Positions 30,701 to 40,400 of a stretch of DNA of 64,000 bases are shown here, in pieces (position 1 is the first letter of the stretch; each line of letters opens with the position of its first letter). Position numbers and translations under genes: made by a program. The stretch comes from Escherichia phage Paul. The notes beneath the pieces were generated by a model. It worked only from the letters and a program-made list of their open reading frames with translations. It was not told the origin of the DNA and made no database searches. Location: the sequence record NC_070992.1. One strand, 5' to 3'.

Positions 30701-32209
30701 GGGTTTATTAACACCTATAACAGAGAAGTGAATGCCTTCAACAAAGCTAACAAGAACTCTCAGTATGAAGCTGCTGCTAAGCATTTACAGGCTCGTGAAG
30801 AACGTCTTGCTACTCTGAGAAACAAAGCTCAGGCTCGTTCAGATGCTAAGGCTGCTGTTGAGAACGAACGTAAAACTTTAGAGGCTATTGCAGCTCAGAA
30901 GAGTGAGATTGAGAAGATGATGGAAGGTTTACCTAAACCTGTTCGTGAGGCTCAGGAATCTCGTACATTGAAACAGTTGGCTGCTCACCACGATAAGAAC
31001 TCTCCAGTTCCTCCAGAGAAGTTCCGTAGTTACATTGAACGTATCCATAACGCCGAGTCAGACTACCTTGATCGTCAGCGTCGTTTAACTGATGCAGAGG
31101 AAGATGCTCGTCAGGCCAAGTGGAACAAGATGTATGAGCAAGCGGAAGAAATGAACCGTAAGTTTGATGTGGACAAGAGAGTTAAGCGCAGTGAAGAGCT
31201 TAAAGCGGCCCAAGAGCGTGAGAATGACCTTATGGCAGTACAACGTCAACGTGATGACATTCATCGCCGCCTGATGCGTACTATGGAAGATAAGGGCATA
31301 TCTAGAGAGGATGCTGAAGCATTTGCTGGTTCCTATATGGATAACCGTTATGCACTTCTTGAGAAGCCTATGACTCCTACTGAACATCAGAATGCTCGTT
31401 CTCGTATCGAAGCTGATGTTGAGAAGTTTGCTAAGAAGTACGAATCAATGACTCCTATCGAGAAAGAGATTGTTAAGGTTACTGGAGATACTGAAGGTAA
31501 GCTTGATAACTTGGATGCGGATACTAGGAAGGCTATTGAGGAGGCTCAGAAGGTTGACTCTGATATTAAGAAACTGCAAGAGGAAGAGTTGGAGATGGAG
31601 AAGATTCGTTCTGCTCTGCCTGATGATGAAAGATCTCAAGCAAATTCTGATATCTTGGAAAGCATTAAACAACAGGAAGAGGTCTTTGCTGATAAAGTAG
31701 AGAAAGCTTTCTTGAGTGGGAAGAGCTTGGATGAGTTGGCTAGTGTGGCTGAAGTTTTAGACAGGGTTCATGGTGCAGATAAGGCTGGTAACAACCGTCG
31801 CTTTGTACGTGCATTGCAGACTGCTGCTGAAAACAAGAAGAAGTATGGTGATAATCCAGTAGCTTGGTTTAGTGCTGATGATTATTCTGCTATTGCTAAA
31901 CTTGGTGCTTCTTCCGCAGGTGGTAACAAATCTAGAGCACTGGAGAAGATCTTTGGTTCTACAGCTGAACAGGCTAAGAGTAAGTTGCTTGGCAGGGATG
32001 ATGTAGCGAAGATGAGACGTGTGATTGAAGAGAACCCTGATGTTAAGATTCCTTCTTACAAGACAACGAATCGTACTGAGTACTTGCAGTTCTTGGAGAA
32101 GTTTAATGACGAAGGGAAGCCGAAGATTAAACGTGGCTCATTGTCAGAGAAGCTTGAACGCAGTAAGCGTCAATCGAGACTCCGTGTAAGAGTTCGACCT
32201 AAGGAGTGA
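27788..32209 (+). CDS. large internal virion / ejection protein (about 1473 aa)
   Basis: start set at ATG 27788 with SD AAGGAG (track start 27743 lacks SD); Ala-rich helical coiled-coil composition. Confidence 0.5.
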   Translation: MANIKPWEEASKAPAYLNASPEQQAQMREQYKAAGGSIPEEQPVAQPQQEERGAIGEFAQGVSNALQSGGANIAASAAKGIGGLVEIGENLAGAQTSYGKRIQENSQNLLKERMDKIEDGIGKTVGQYAGVAGDIGMTVANPLAAAAIIAGRETGRAYADQTPEEGEDKSILDAALVGGANYAAQRILPGAVGTAESTLGRIGQNVASNAVAGAKGGALVGAAEAQNKHGDDTTFANVLEGAIEEGAMGAAFGGAVGGVHGLISRPDSAVFKNTPEYAKTDIAADDELIRSAKNVDELKEAYSKAETANAASALNLLDENGFRITDAVAVDSPPAQRILNTDQARAEKAASVQKEHSNIPGLNPLASPAKTRGKAFADNEHNQKQAVAMKDAMADYTKDNTKALTDVLDNLDRELTSLRASGNFTGSPIDIKNRTQADRDFIDAYKTFYNEANRFKAREGEDFNNFVEKAAELQKMADNVSPEMKKAIGGLKKLKGMPEGFNPIQDAYTLNNTAKFMSNQDRGWTSLTDDGFREASSPSLVMNTLGAAKYALNRFSSQRARSQRVKQQESNSEAIRSLARGDLEVARAKSTADEARAKMEEEPVVDDIKFKTQNDVETEPVREPSSSTVTEENLPSSAPQETPLTARDLVAQRRAIRQAEQRRAEEEALAAQEAPVEQAPQAEPLPARNPLEERRAMEQQRAQEEAAQAPEPTVEEPTVKAEPLPARAPKAPKEAVQDVKPASGVERLAAMSSAARQATKDRAERFARSLYSKAAKAKATAENFLAYKGDPKELMRRIRQEDNAINTERHEEMARNQLASQQGIATAKNNTVRTNFAEWVKERGLPEDIATKALRAEEKGLGGNVTNLDSLKRRAERLYQKQREDEFDRLYQQALEENKAFDKKDAPKLVDQKKELQSEIDTLIDSEPLRPAQKDAMRKLMNDFVDGKFKSSEKAGREEALEVGQMKDIWDGFINTYNREVNAFNKANKNSQYEAAAKHLQAREERLATLRNKAQARSDAKAAVENERKTLEAIAAQKSEIEKMMEGLPKPVREAQESRTLKQLAAHHDKNSPVPPEKFRSYIERIHNAESDYLDRQRRLTDAEEDARQAKWNKMYEQAEEMNRKFDVDKRVKRSEELKAAQERENDLMAVQRQRDDIHRRLMRTMEDKGISREDAEAFAGSYMDNRYALLEKPMTPTEHQNARSRIEADVEKFAKKYESMTPIEKEIVKVTGDTEGKLDNLDADTRKAIEEAQKVDSDIKKLQEEELEMEKIRSALPDDERSQANSDILESIKQQEEVFADKVEKAFLSGKSLDELASVAEVLDRVHGADKAGNNRRFVRALQTAAENKKKYGDNPVAWFSADDYSAIAKLGASSAGGNKSRALEKIFGSTAEQAKSKLLGRDDVAKMRRVIEENPDVKIPSYKTTNRTEYLQFLEKFNDEGKPKIKRGSLSEKLERSKRQSRLRVRVRPKE

Positions 32210-32216
32210 TAAAAGA

Positions 32217-32258
32217 AAAGCCCTCAAGGAGAAATCCAAGAGGGCTTTATTTGTTTCT
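32217..32258. terminator. bidirectional intrinsic terminator at the convergent module junction
   Basis: AAAGCCCTC ... GAGGGCTTT 9-bp stem flanked by an A-run upstream and T-run downstream. Confidence 0.55.
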
Positions 32259-32572
32259 AAGTTTTAAAAACCATCAAATTCGTCATACATCCCAATTTTC
32301 TTCAGAAGTCTGGATGTTCATCTTCAAAGCATCCTGAGATGCCTCCATAGAACCAATCTGATTTACTTCCAAGGATAACAACTTCTTCATTCATATACCC
32401 TCCTAGATTGTGTTTATAAAATTAGTAAGTTTCTCTTCACTTTCATCAAAAGCTTTTCCAGCTGCTCCCATCTCCCAAGTATCGGCATTGTCAATAAAGC
32501 TCTGAGCTTCTAATAGATCGTGGATTAAGTCGAAGAGTTTATTTTTATCTGCTTGTGTGATCATGTCAGTTC

Positions 32573-32830
32573 CTAGATTAAATCGTAATACTGAATAATG
32601 TCAGAGAGTTTGAACTCTCGAATCTCATCTTTATCTACATCTATCGCTGTCATAATCCAACAAGGTTTGCCACCGTTATGAAAACGGGAGCTAGCAACGG
32701 AGGTTCGGAGTGGAATAACGGACCGGTCAGCAACCTCGCCTCTCCAATTGCGATAGCGAAAGCGAAGCACTTGTTGCGTAGATTTTTGATCATCACTCAT
32801 TTCCTTTTTTGAATTGTTTTCTTGCATCAT
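32573..32830 (-). CDS. hypothetical protein (start uncertain)
   Basis: track ORF 32573-32941 overlaps the HNH gene; an internal ATG at 32830 removes the overlap. Confidence 0.25.
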   Translation of the reverse strand: MMQENNSKKEMSDDQKSTQQVLRFRYRNWRGEVADRSVIPLRTSVASSRFHNGGKPCWIMTAIDVDKDEIREFKLSDIIQYYDLI

Positions 32831-33194
32831 TCTCTTCTTTTGTTTTAATCTTATGACAAGGGTCTTTACACAGAACCTGAAAACCTTCTTTCTCACACAG
32901 AGCACGAGAGATGATCTCATCCCAAGTTGCTTCGTGGTCAAGAGGAACTATAGGTTCTATGTGGTCAATAGCCATATCCTTTACAGGGTGGTCAGAACCA
33001 CACATGGCACACTTAAAGTGCATTGCCAGTCTACCTGTCTTTGGATTAATCTTCTGCTCTGTCTTGGCGTCTGCTAGTGCATCGAACATGGGCTTCCACT
33101 TTCTAGTCAGAGAACGAATCCCTGACTTGATGAAAGAGTTGTAACGAGCTTCAGTCCACATTCCACTACAGCGAGTCTTCTCAGACTTCGCCAT
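32793..33194 (-). CDS. HNH endonuclease
   Basis: CAMCGSDHPVKDMAIDHIEPI ... LCKDPCH: Cys pairs plus His-Asn-His core. Confidence 0.7.
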   Translation of the reverse strand: MAKSEKTRCSGMWTEARYNSFIKSGIRSLTRKWKPMFDALADAKTEQKINPKTGRLAMHFKCAMCGSDHPVKDMAIDHIEPIVPLDHEATWDEIISRALCEKEGFQVLCKDPCHKIKTKEENDARKQFKKGNE

Positions 33195-33373
33195 AATCAG
33201 CTTCTTCCCAAACTCGTTTGTTTACACGATGACTCACCTTACCCTCACGAGGAATACGACCAGTTCTCTGATCAAACAGTTGATGTTTAATCTTTTGGTC
33301 TTTACGAGATTCACGGTTGGAGGAGTTTTCATCATATGAACGATAATCAAATTTACCCATTATAATATCCTTA

Positions 33374-34192
33374 TTACCAAGATTTATCTAACCATGTCCA
33401 GTCGAACAGGTCTTCCGGAGTCTGACCAACAAAGAGAAGCCGAGCATTCTCGAGCATCTTCTCTTCATCTTCAGTATCGAACTTCTTATAATATTCCATT
33501 CGTACTATATGATACATGGTCCACTTATCTGTAACACCAGCCAACAGACTAGCTGCTGCTTTCTTCCCGACACCTTGACGTCGTAGCTGGAGCTTACCGC
33601 CCCACATAACTTCTTTACGTTCACCACATCCGGGAATGTTATCTGTCCCATCCCCAATCAACATTTGATAGAAGAAATTTTGCCATGATACCAAGTCAGA
33701 TACATAATGAGGAGGTACTTCTCTTTGTTTCTCTCCACAGGCCCAACGATAGTGCCATCCGGGAGTTATTAATAAATCTTTGTCTCTGGTACAGATGATA
33801 GTGTTCTTATCTCTACGCTGCCTCTCAGCTAGAGCATCATCGGCCTCTCTTCCAAATACATCAATATATTCGTACTTGCCTTTAATGTAATCACCAACGT
33901 TTTGCCAGTGAAAAGGTCTTTCTCCTGGAGGTCTGTTTGCTTTGTAACCTTGTTGCTTGGCAACATCGAAACGGAAGTTACCGCCTTCGCTGAAGTAGAA
34001 TACAACCTTATTACAACCTGAGCGATCAATGATAGTATCTATCTTATACTGAAGTCGTTCAATCATGAAATTGTAATCAACTGGAACACGTCCTGTGTCA
34101 AGAAAGGGATGCTCCTGAGTAAGAGCACCCACTTCATACCGAAGAACGTCAGCGTCCACTATAGCAACTTCAGGGAGCTTAACGTCTTCCAT
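33374..34192 (-). CDS. 5'-3' exonuclease / flap endonuclease
   Basis: GREADDALA and TRDKDLL motifs typical of the PolI/T5-type 5' nuclease family. Confidence 0.75.
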   Translation of the reverse strand: MEDVKLPEVAIVDADVLRYEVGALTQEHPFLDTGRVPVDYNFMIERLQYKIDTIIDRSGCNKVVFYFSEGGNFRFDVAKQQGYKANRPPGERPFHWQNVGDYIKGKYEYIDVFGREADDALAERQRRDKNTIICTRDKDLLITPGWHYRWACGEKQREVPPHYVSDLVSWQNFFYQMLIGDGTDNIPGCGERKEVMWGGKLQLRRQGVGKKAAASLLAGVTDKWTMYHIVRMEYYKKFDTEDEEKMLENARLLFVGQTPEDLFDWTWLDKSW

Positions 34193-34193
34193 A

Positions 34194-34717
34194 TTATTCT
34201 CCTAACAGCTTACGAATTTCACTACGGAAGTTATCATACTCTTCAGGATATTCAAACCCACACTCAAGAAGGGCATAATGAACAACCTTCAGCAAATCCT
34301 GAACCTTATTCTTATCTCTGTGTCGATAAGCGTATTTGATCATATTGGTTTGTTGGAAGTTCAACTGAGGGTTTGCATGGTAAAACTCAATAGGTTGAAT
34401 CATTTTATTATTGGGGTTATAATGGGAACCTCCCACCATAGATGCTAATGCTGGATTACCTTGAGATGCCATTTCTAATTGCTCCGTGTGGTCGTGTGTG
34501 TAATCTACTAAAGAAGCCTTGTTACCAGTCACTTTAGGTAAAATTGCGCTAGCTGTTTCTGTGTACTTACCGCCATCAACATTAATTTGAAACTCCACAA
34601 GTTCATCCTGTAGTTCATACCCTGATAAGCTTGATAGCTCCTCTAGCTCATCTCTGAGGAAGTTTGTGTGCTTTCTTTGGGTTGCAAGTGCTTTCTTTAA
34701 AAGAACTATTTCTTCAC

Positions 34718-34727
<10 letters not shown>
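34194..34727 (-). CDS. hypothetical protein (177 aa), DUF3310-like by recollection
   Basis: conserved-looking KYAYRHR and HYALLE segments; no function assignable. Confidence 0.35.
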
Positions 34728-36213
<1,486 letters not shown>

Positions 36214-36214
<1 letters not shown>

Positions 36215-36474
36215 TATTCTATTCCACGCTCTTTCAGAGCTTCTAACAATCCATTGTGATTAGCAGCACATTCTGTGTACTGGTCCTGATACCACTCCAA
36301 CGTAGTGGCTAGTGCTTTTCCTTGAGCACTTTCTAAAAGAGGTAGGTCAACCCTACATTCAGCTTTTAGGTTTGTTGGTAAGGGCATTGATTGCCTGCTG
36401 TTGTCGCTCGTTGAACAAGCTGACATACTCATCACTAGCGCAGACATTATAAAAAACTGGTTTAGTTTTCTCAT
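36214..36474 (-). CDS. candidate o-spanin (outer-membrane lipoprotein)
   Basis: signal peptide MRKLNQFFIMSALVMSMSAC with lipobox-like Cys, Pro-rich mature part with two further Cys; overlaps i-spanin 3' end in another frame. Confidence 0.4.
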
Positions 36475-36709
36475 AATGCATCTCTTTATAAACGGTTTCC
36501 GTGTTCTTCTTCCAGTTAGATAAACCGGTAAGAACTCTCTGAGCAACTTCATCAGCTGCTCTACTTCTTTCAATCTCTAACTCTTGTTGATGTTTCTCTT
36601 TATCCAGATTGCTACTGTCTGTTTGGTACTCGTTAAACTTCATACCACCAAAGAATACAAGAGCTGAGAAAACGATAAACCCTAAGTTATCACTTAATGT
36701 GTTTTGCAT
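36359..36709 (-). CDS. candidate i-spanin (N-terminal TM plus periplasmic coiled coil)
   Basis: TM segment LGFIVFSALVFFGGM, then helical charged domain with one Cys; SD GGAG 5 nt upstream of ATG 36709. Confidence 0.4.
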   Translation of the reverse strand: MQNTLSDNLGFIVFSALVFFGGMKFNEYQTDSSNLDKEKHQQELEIERSRAADEVAQRVLTGLSNWKKNTETVYKEMHYEKTKPVFYNVCASDEYVSLFNERQQQAINALTNKPKS

Positions 36710-36726
36710 GTTATCTCCAACGAAAA

Positions 36727-36748
36727 AAGCCACCCGGAGGTGGCTAAG
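36727..36748 (-). terminator. intrinsic terminator after SSB gene
   Basis: minus-strand AGCCACC-TCCG-GGTGGCT hairpin followed by TTTTTTCG. Confidence 0.55.
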
Positions 36749-36766
36749 CTATAACAAGGAGAGTTA

Positions 36767-37513
36767 TTAGAATGGGCTATCGTTGTCGTCTTCATAAGTA
36801 GAAGCAGGCTCTTTATCAATCGTAGGGATTGAAGGAGTAGCTTCTTTCTGTTCTGTTTCAGAAGCACGAGTAATTTCACGACCAGCCAGAGGCATGTTCT
36901 TAGCGTCATTAGCTTGAGTAAGCAGGTTGCGCTGGAACGGGAACATTAGTTGATAGGATGCTACGTTCTCATCAGTTTCAGCATACGGTTCGAAGAATAC
37001 CAGAGGACTACGAGCTTCACCAACTGCTGCACGATATTTGGTTGGGATTGGAGAAATGGTTTTGATGGAGTTTTTAACTTCACCAGCTTTGTTAGTGTAA
37101 GAGTTAACCAGAATGTTAACAGGCTGGCCTAACAGAACATCCTTGAACCAAGACAGATCACCTTTCAGTGCTTGAATGCTTGGGTCAATCATCTTGCAAA
37201 GATCAAGAATACCAGAGTTCTTAGCTCGTGGGTTTACATCATAGCTCTTGAACTGGCAAGCCGGACGTGGTTCTAATGCCTTACCATCGGAATCTTTACC
37301 AGTAGCATCAACACCAATCAGCTCGAAAGCCAAATCCATACGGAAAGCCGGATTCTTAGGAGTTACTGCTTTGGTCTTCGGGTCAATCCAAGGGTCACGA
37401 TTGTGAACACCCAAACCTACTACACGAACGATACGTGCTTCGTATTCACCATCAGGGATTACATCGTAGTTGGATTTACGGGAAGCAGTTGCGATAGTTG
37501 GAATCATAGACAT
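36767..37513 (-). CDS. putative ssDNA-binding protein (T7 gp2.5-like)
   Basis: acidic C-terminal tail ending YEDDNDSPF; strong SD AAGGAAA; biased codon usage; own promoter and terminator. Confidence 0.5.
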   Translation of the reverse strand: MSMIPTIATASRKSNYDVIPDGEYEARIVRVVGLGVHNRDPWIDPKTKAVTPKNPAFRMDLAFELIGVDATGKDSDGKALEPRPACQFKSYDVNPRAKNSGILDLCKMIDPSIQALKGDLSWFKDVLLGQPVNILVNSYTNKAGEVKNSIKTISPIPTKYRAAVGEARSPLVFFEPYAETDENVASYQLMFPFQRNLLTQANDAKNMPLAGREITRASETEQKEATPSIPTIDKEPASTYEDDNDSPF

Positions 37514-37572
37514 ATTGTAATTTCCTTATTTAATTTGAAAGATTGTTGCTCTCTTTGAGCGGTTATGTATAG

Positions 37573-37581
37573 TATACATTA
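37573..37581 (-). promoter_or_regulatory. TAATGTATA motif, candidate phage-sigma promoter element
   Basis: exact 9-mer on minus strand 60 nt upstream of the SSB ATG; part of the 15-bp palindrome ATGTATAGTATACAT. Confidence 0.45.
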
Positions 37582-37847
37582 CGCTTATACCGATAAGAGT
37601 ACTATATAATATAAGTATCTTTGGTAGTAGATATAACACACCAGTAATGTATATATTGTATAGCTGATAAAGTTATTGCAGGCTTGTATATTGGGCAATT
37701 CACAGAACCCCTTGCAAGTACCGAAGGGCAGGAGCCACCTGCGAGATAAAAATAGAGAATTAAGGAATCCTTGATTTAGGTTGAGGACTCCTAGGACTTT
37801 GATTCTCTATTAAAATCAAAAGAAAACTTAACTTAAAACAATAACTT

Positions 37848-38486
37848 CTACCATTCTAAAAGACCTTTAAAACTAGTTTGTTCTACTGTTCTCTGAAAAG
37901 GTAAGTTAGTTCTAGCTTGAGATTCTAATTGAATCTTCTTTCGGATTTCCTCCAATTGCTCTCTACTTTTATCCCCCACTGGAAACAATATAGTTTCTAA
38001 TACGCTTTTTCTCTCAGCGAACTCCTTACGAATTTCTTGCAGAGACACAGCTTTGTAATCAATTTGTTCCATTGAAGTACAAAAGTATCTCCAATCTTTT
38101 ATAGTAGAATTATGAGTATGAGCATAGATATTATACCTTCCTCTCATTTCATCAGAGTGAATAGGAATATGAGTTACCCAAAATTCTTTGTACTTATAAT
38201 CACCACTGATGTGTCTAAAGACTTTCATCATATCAGGGAGAAGTTCTAATCTGTCATGGTTTCCTAAGACAAGATGTTTCTCTCCTTTTACTTCAGCGAT
38301 GATATCAAGAGCATACTTTTCAAACACCCAATCACCGGTAAAGAAGATTTTATCACGCTTAGTTACATGATCAAATGCAGCTAGGATTGCTTTGTCGTGT
38401 TCTTCGATGGTTTTAAATTGCTTACGAAAACTACAGATGTTGCGATGACCTAAGTGACCATCTCCTGCAAAATAAACTTCAGCCAT
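37848..38486 (-). CDS. calcineurin-like metallophosphoesterase
   Basis: GDGHLGH, GDWV, GNHD and HTH metallophosphatase motifs in order. Confidence 0.7.
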   Translation of the reverse strand: MAEVYFAGDGHLGHRNICSFRKQFKTIEEHDKAILAAFDHVTKRDKIFFTGDWVFEKYALDIIAEVKGEKHLVLGNHDRLELLPDMMKVFRHISGDYKYKEFWVTHIPIHSDEMRGRYNIYAHTHNSTIKDWRYFCTSMEQIDYKAVSLQEIRKEFAERKSVLETILFPVGDKSREQLEEIRKKIQLESQARTNLPFQRTVEQTSFKGLLEW

Positions 38487-38495
38487 AAAGACCTC

Positions 38496-38711
38496 TTAGA
38501 TAGTGCACCCGTCGCAAGTTAAATCGCCTAGAAGGGATAGAGAAAGTAATCTGGATTGCTCATCACTGTATAGTTGATCAATCTCTTCTTTAAGTTTTGC
38601 CAACTCTATGAAATTGATAAGTTGTCCATGTTCAAGACAGTCTGTTTTTAGTATAAATAAAACTTCAGCGTCTGTTGAATCTTCACTTGAATATTTATCA
38701 ATGTATTCCAT
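38496..38711 (-). CDS. hypothetical protein (71 aa)
   Basis: ORF only. Confidence 0.3.
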   Translation of the reverse strand: MEYIDKYSSEDSTDAEVLFILKTDCLEHGQLINFIELAKLKEEIDQLYSDEQSRLLSLSLLGDLTCDGCTI

Positions 38712-38867
38712 TTTTTACTCCTATTAACTATGACCAAGATTTAGCTTTTACTTCGACGTATGTTTTAACTTCACCTTTCAAGACTTCCTGAGAAGCAATT
38801 GCACTTTCCTCAGAGTGATGTACAACGGTGATCTCTTTCTTTCCAATTCTATAAGTGTGAATCCAAA

Positions 38868-39086
38868 TCATGATACTTCCTTAATATCAATTAGTTCATA
38901 GCTGCATCCTGCATCTTTGCAAGATTGCTCCAATTTCTGTGTTGCCTCTATTGGGTTTTCGCCATCAACTACCTCTTTTTTACAAGAGGCTACTACGTTA
39001 TAGGCATCAGTCCAAAATCTACTTTTATACTCAATTAAATAATATTTCATCGAGATGTTGTCCTCCCCCAATCTTTTACGTAGCAT
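38868..39086 (-). CDS. hypothetical protein (72 aa, start uncertain)
   Basis: ORF only; an unlisted 58-aa signal-peptide ORF (about 39050-39226) may overlap its 5' end. Confidence 0.3.
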   Translation of the reverse strand: MLRKRLGEDNISMKYYLIEYKSRFWTDAYNVVASCKKEVVDGENPIEATQKLEQSCKDAGCSYELIDIKEVS

Positions 39087-39222
39087 CGACCGTTAACCCA
39101 CTTTGTCTCTGATTTAAACTCTTGAGACAACCTCACTTCACAGTCTTCTTTACTAGCATCCCCTCCGATATCAATCAGATATAAGAATAGAGCTATACCT
39201 AAAGTCCAAAGGATTATTCTCT

Positions 39223-39633
39223 TCATCGAATCACCAAAGGCTCTTCAGAGTACACAGGAGCGGCTATTTCTACAGGAGGTGCTGCCCTAAGGTCATTAAG
39301 CCTTACACCCTTCAGCATGCCATCTAGGTGGTCCTTCTTAGGGATTCCAACAGGGAAGTCGTCAATCCAAATATCTACAAAGAAACCTAGCTGACGACAT
39401 ACATCATCCTTCTGAACGCCATTGCAAAAGATGATAGGAATCTGCAAACACTCTGCATCAATCTTAATGTCGTGGTTATCGTACCCATTAGGCTCTGCAA
39501 AGCGATAAGTTACAAAACGTACATCATAACCCTTTGCTTGCATTAATGTCACCACAGAGCGCCACAGCTCTTTATCTGAGGTGTAAGTATCATCGTAATC
39601 TAAACCAATATTCATGTCGAATCCTTTAGACAA
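39223..39633 (-). CDS. small HAD-family phosphatase / nucleotidase-like protein
   Basis: N-terminal DxDxT motif (GLDYDDT) and downstream DIWIDD. Confidence 0.45.
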   Translation of the reverse strand: MSKGFDMNIGLDYDDTYTSDKELWRSVVTLMQAKGYDVRFVTYRFAEPNGYDNHDIKIDAECLQIPIIFCNGVQKDDVCRQLGFFVDIWIDDFPVGIPKKDHLDGMLKGVRLNDLRAAPPVEIAAPVYSEEPLVIR

Positions 39634-39852
39634 GAAAAGCCGCCCTAAGGCAGCTTCTTATTTAACTATTCACTTTAGCTTCAAGTGTTTCATTTTCAAT
39701 ACTCAAGTCAATCACTACGCCAGTAAGCTCAACGACTGCTTGGCGAAGGGCATCTTTACCCATAGAATGTACTTGAGATAAGAAGAAAGCTTTACCTTCT
39801 TCCGTGGATAGAGTTTCTTTTAATTCAGAAGCAGTCATTGATATTCCTTATT

Positions 39853-40044
39853 TTACATTGTATAAATTCGCATGATTGTACCACCATCAGCTTCGATAGC
39901 AGCAACAACTTCATCTCGTTCTTCATCCGTGTACACTAGTACGCTTTTAAACGAACCAGTAATGTCTGTGTACAAAATGTTGTACTTGGGAGGTGGCTTA
40001 CGGTAAATACCTTCCATCACTCTTTCTCCTCTCGTTCTTTCCAC
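39853..40044 (-). CDS. hypothetical protein (63 aa)
   Basis: ORF only. Confidence 0.3.
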   Translation of the reverse strand: MERTRGERVMEGIYRKPPPKYNILYTDITGSFKSVLVYTDEERDEVVAAIEADGGTIMRIYTM

Positions 40045-40200
40045 AGTTCGGCTAGCTCTAGGTAGAACTCAGCCTCATCAGGACGTCCTTGTTCATTACA
40101 GATGGCGCTCTGACGATAACACCAATCCGATGGCATCTCTTCCACTTTAATCTCCTTGTTACGAACCAATCAATAAGAATAGTTCATTCGTCTTATTTAT

Positions 40201-40392
40201 TCACTCTACCAATGCAGGTACTTCCATCCTTTTAACTGTGAATGTCTTGTTTGGAAACTTTCGAACTAGTTCTGCTGCTTTGGTTATTGCTAAGTTCTCT
40301 GTCTCAAAGATATACAGTTGACCATTTAATGCTATAAGAGTGGAGCCGCCACTGAAGACGGCCCAAGATTCATAATAACCACGAATACTCAT
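40201..40392 (-). CDS. hypothetical protein (63 aa)
   Basis: ORF only. Confidence 0.3.
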   Translation of the reverse strand: MSIRGYYESWAVFSGGSTLIALNGQLYIFETENLAITKAAELVRKFPNKTFTVKRMEVPALVE

Positions 40393-40400
40393 AACTTACC

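Noticed and set aside
27788-32209. Tape-measure protein assignment for the large Ala-rich coiled-coil protein
   Set aside because: It follows an SLT-domain protein and Q/N-rich proteins with no tail-tube or sheath genes nearby, which fits podovirus-type internal/ejection proteins better; still uncertain
32403-32564. 53-aa minus-strand ORF just inside the convergent junction
   Set aside because: Has an AGGAA SD and plausible composition but is short with no motif; left uncalled
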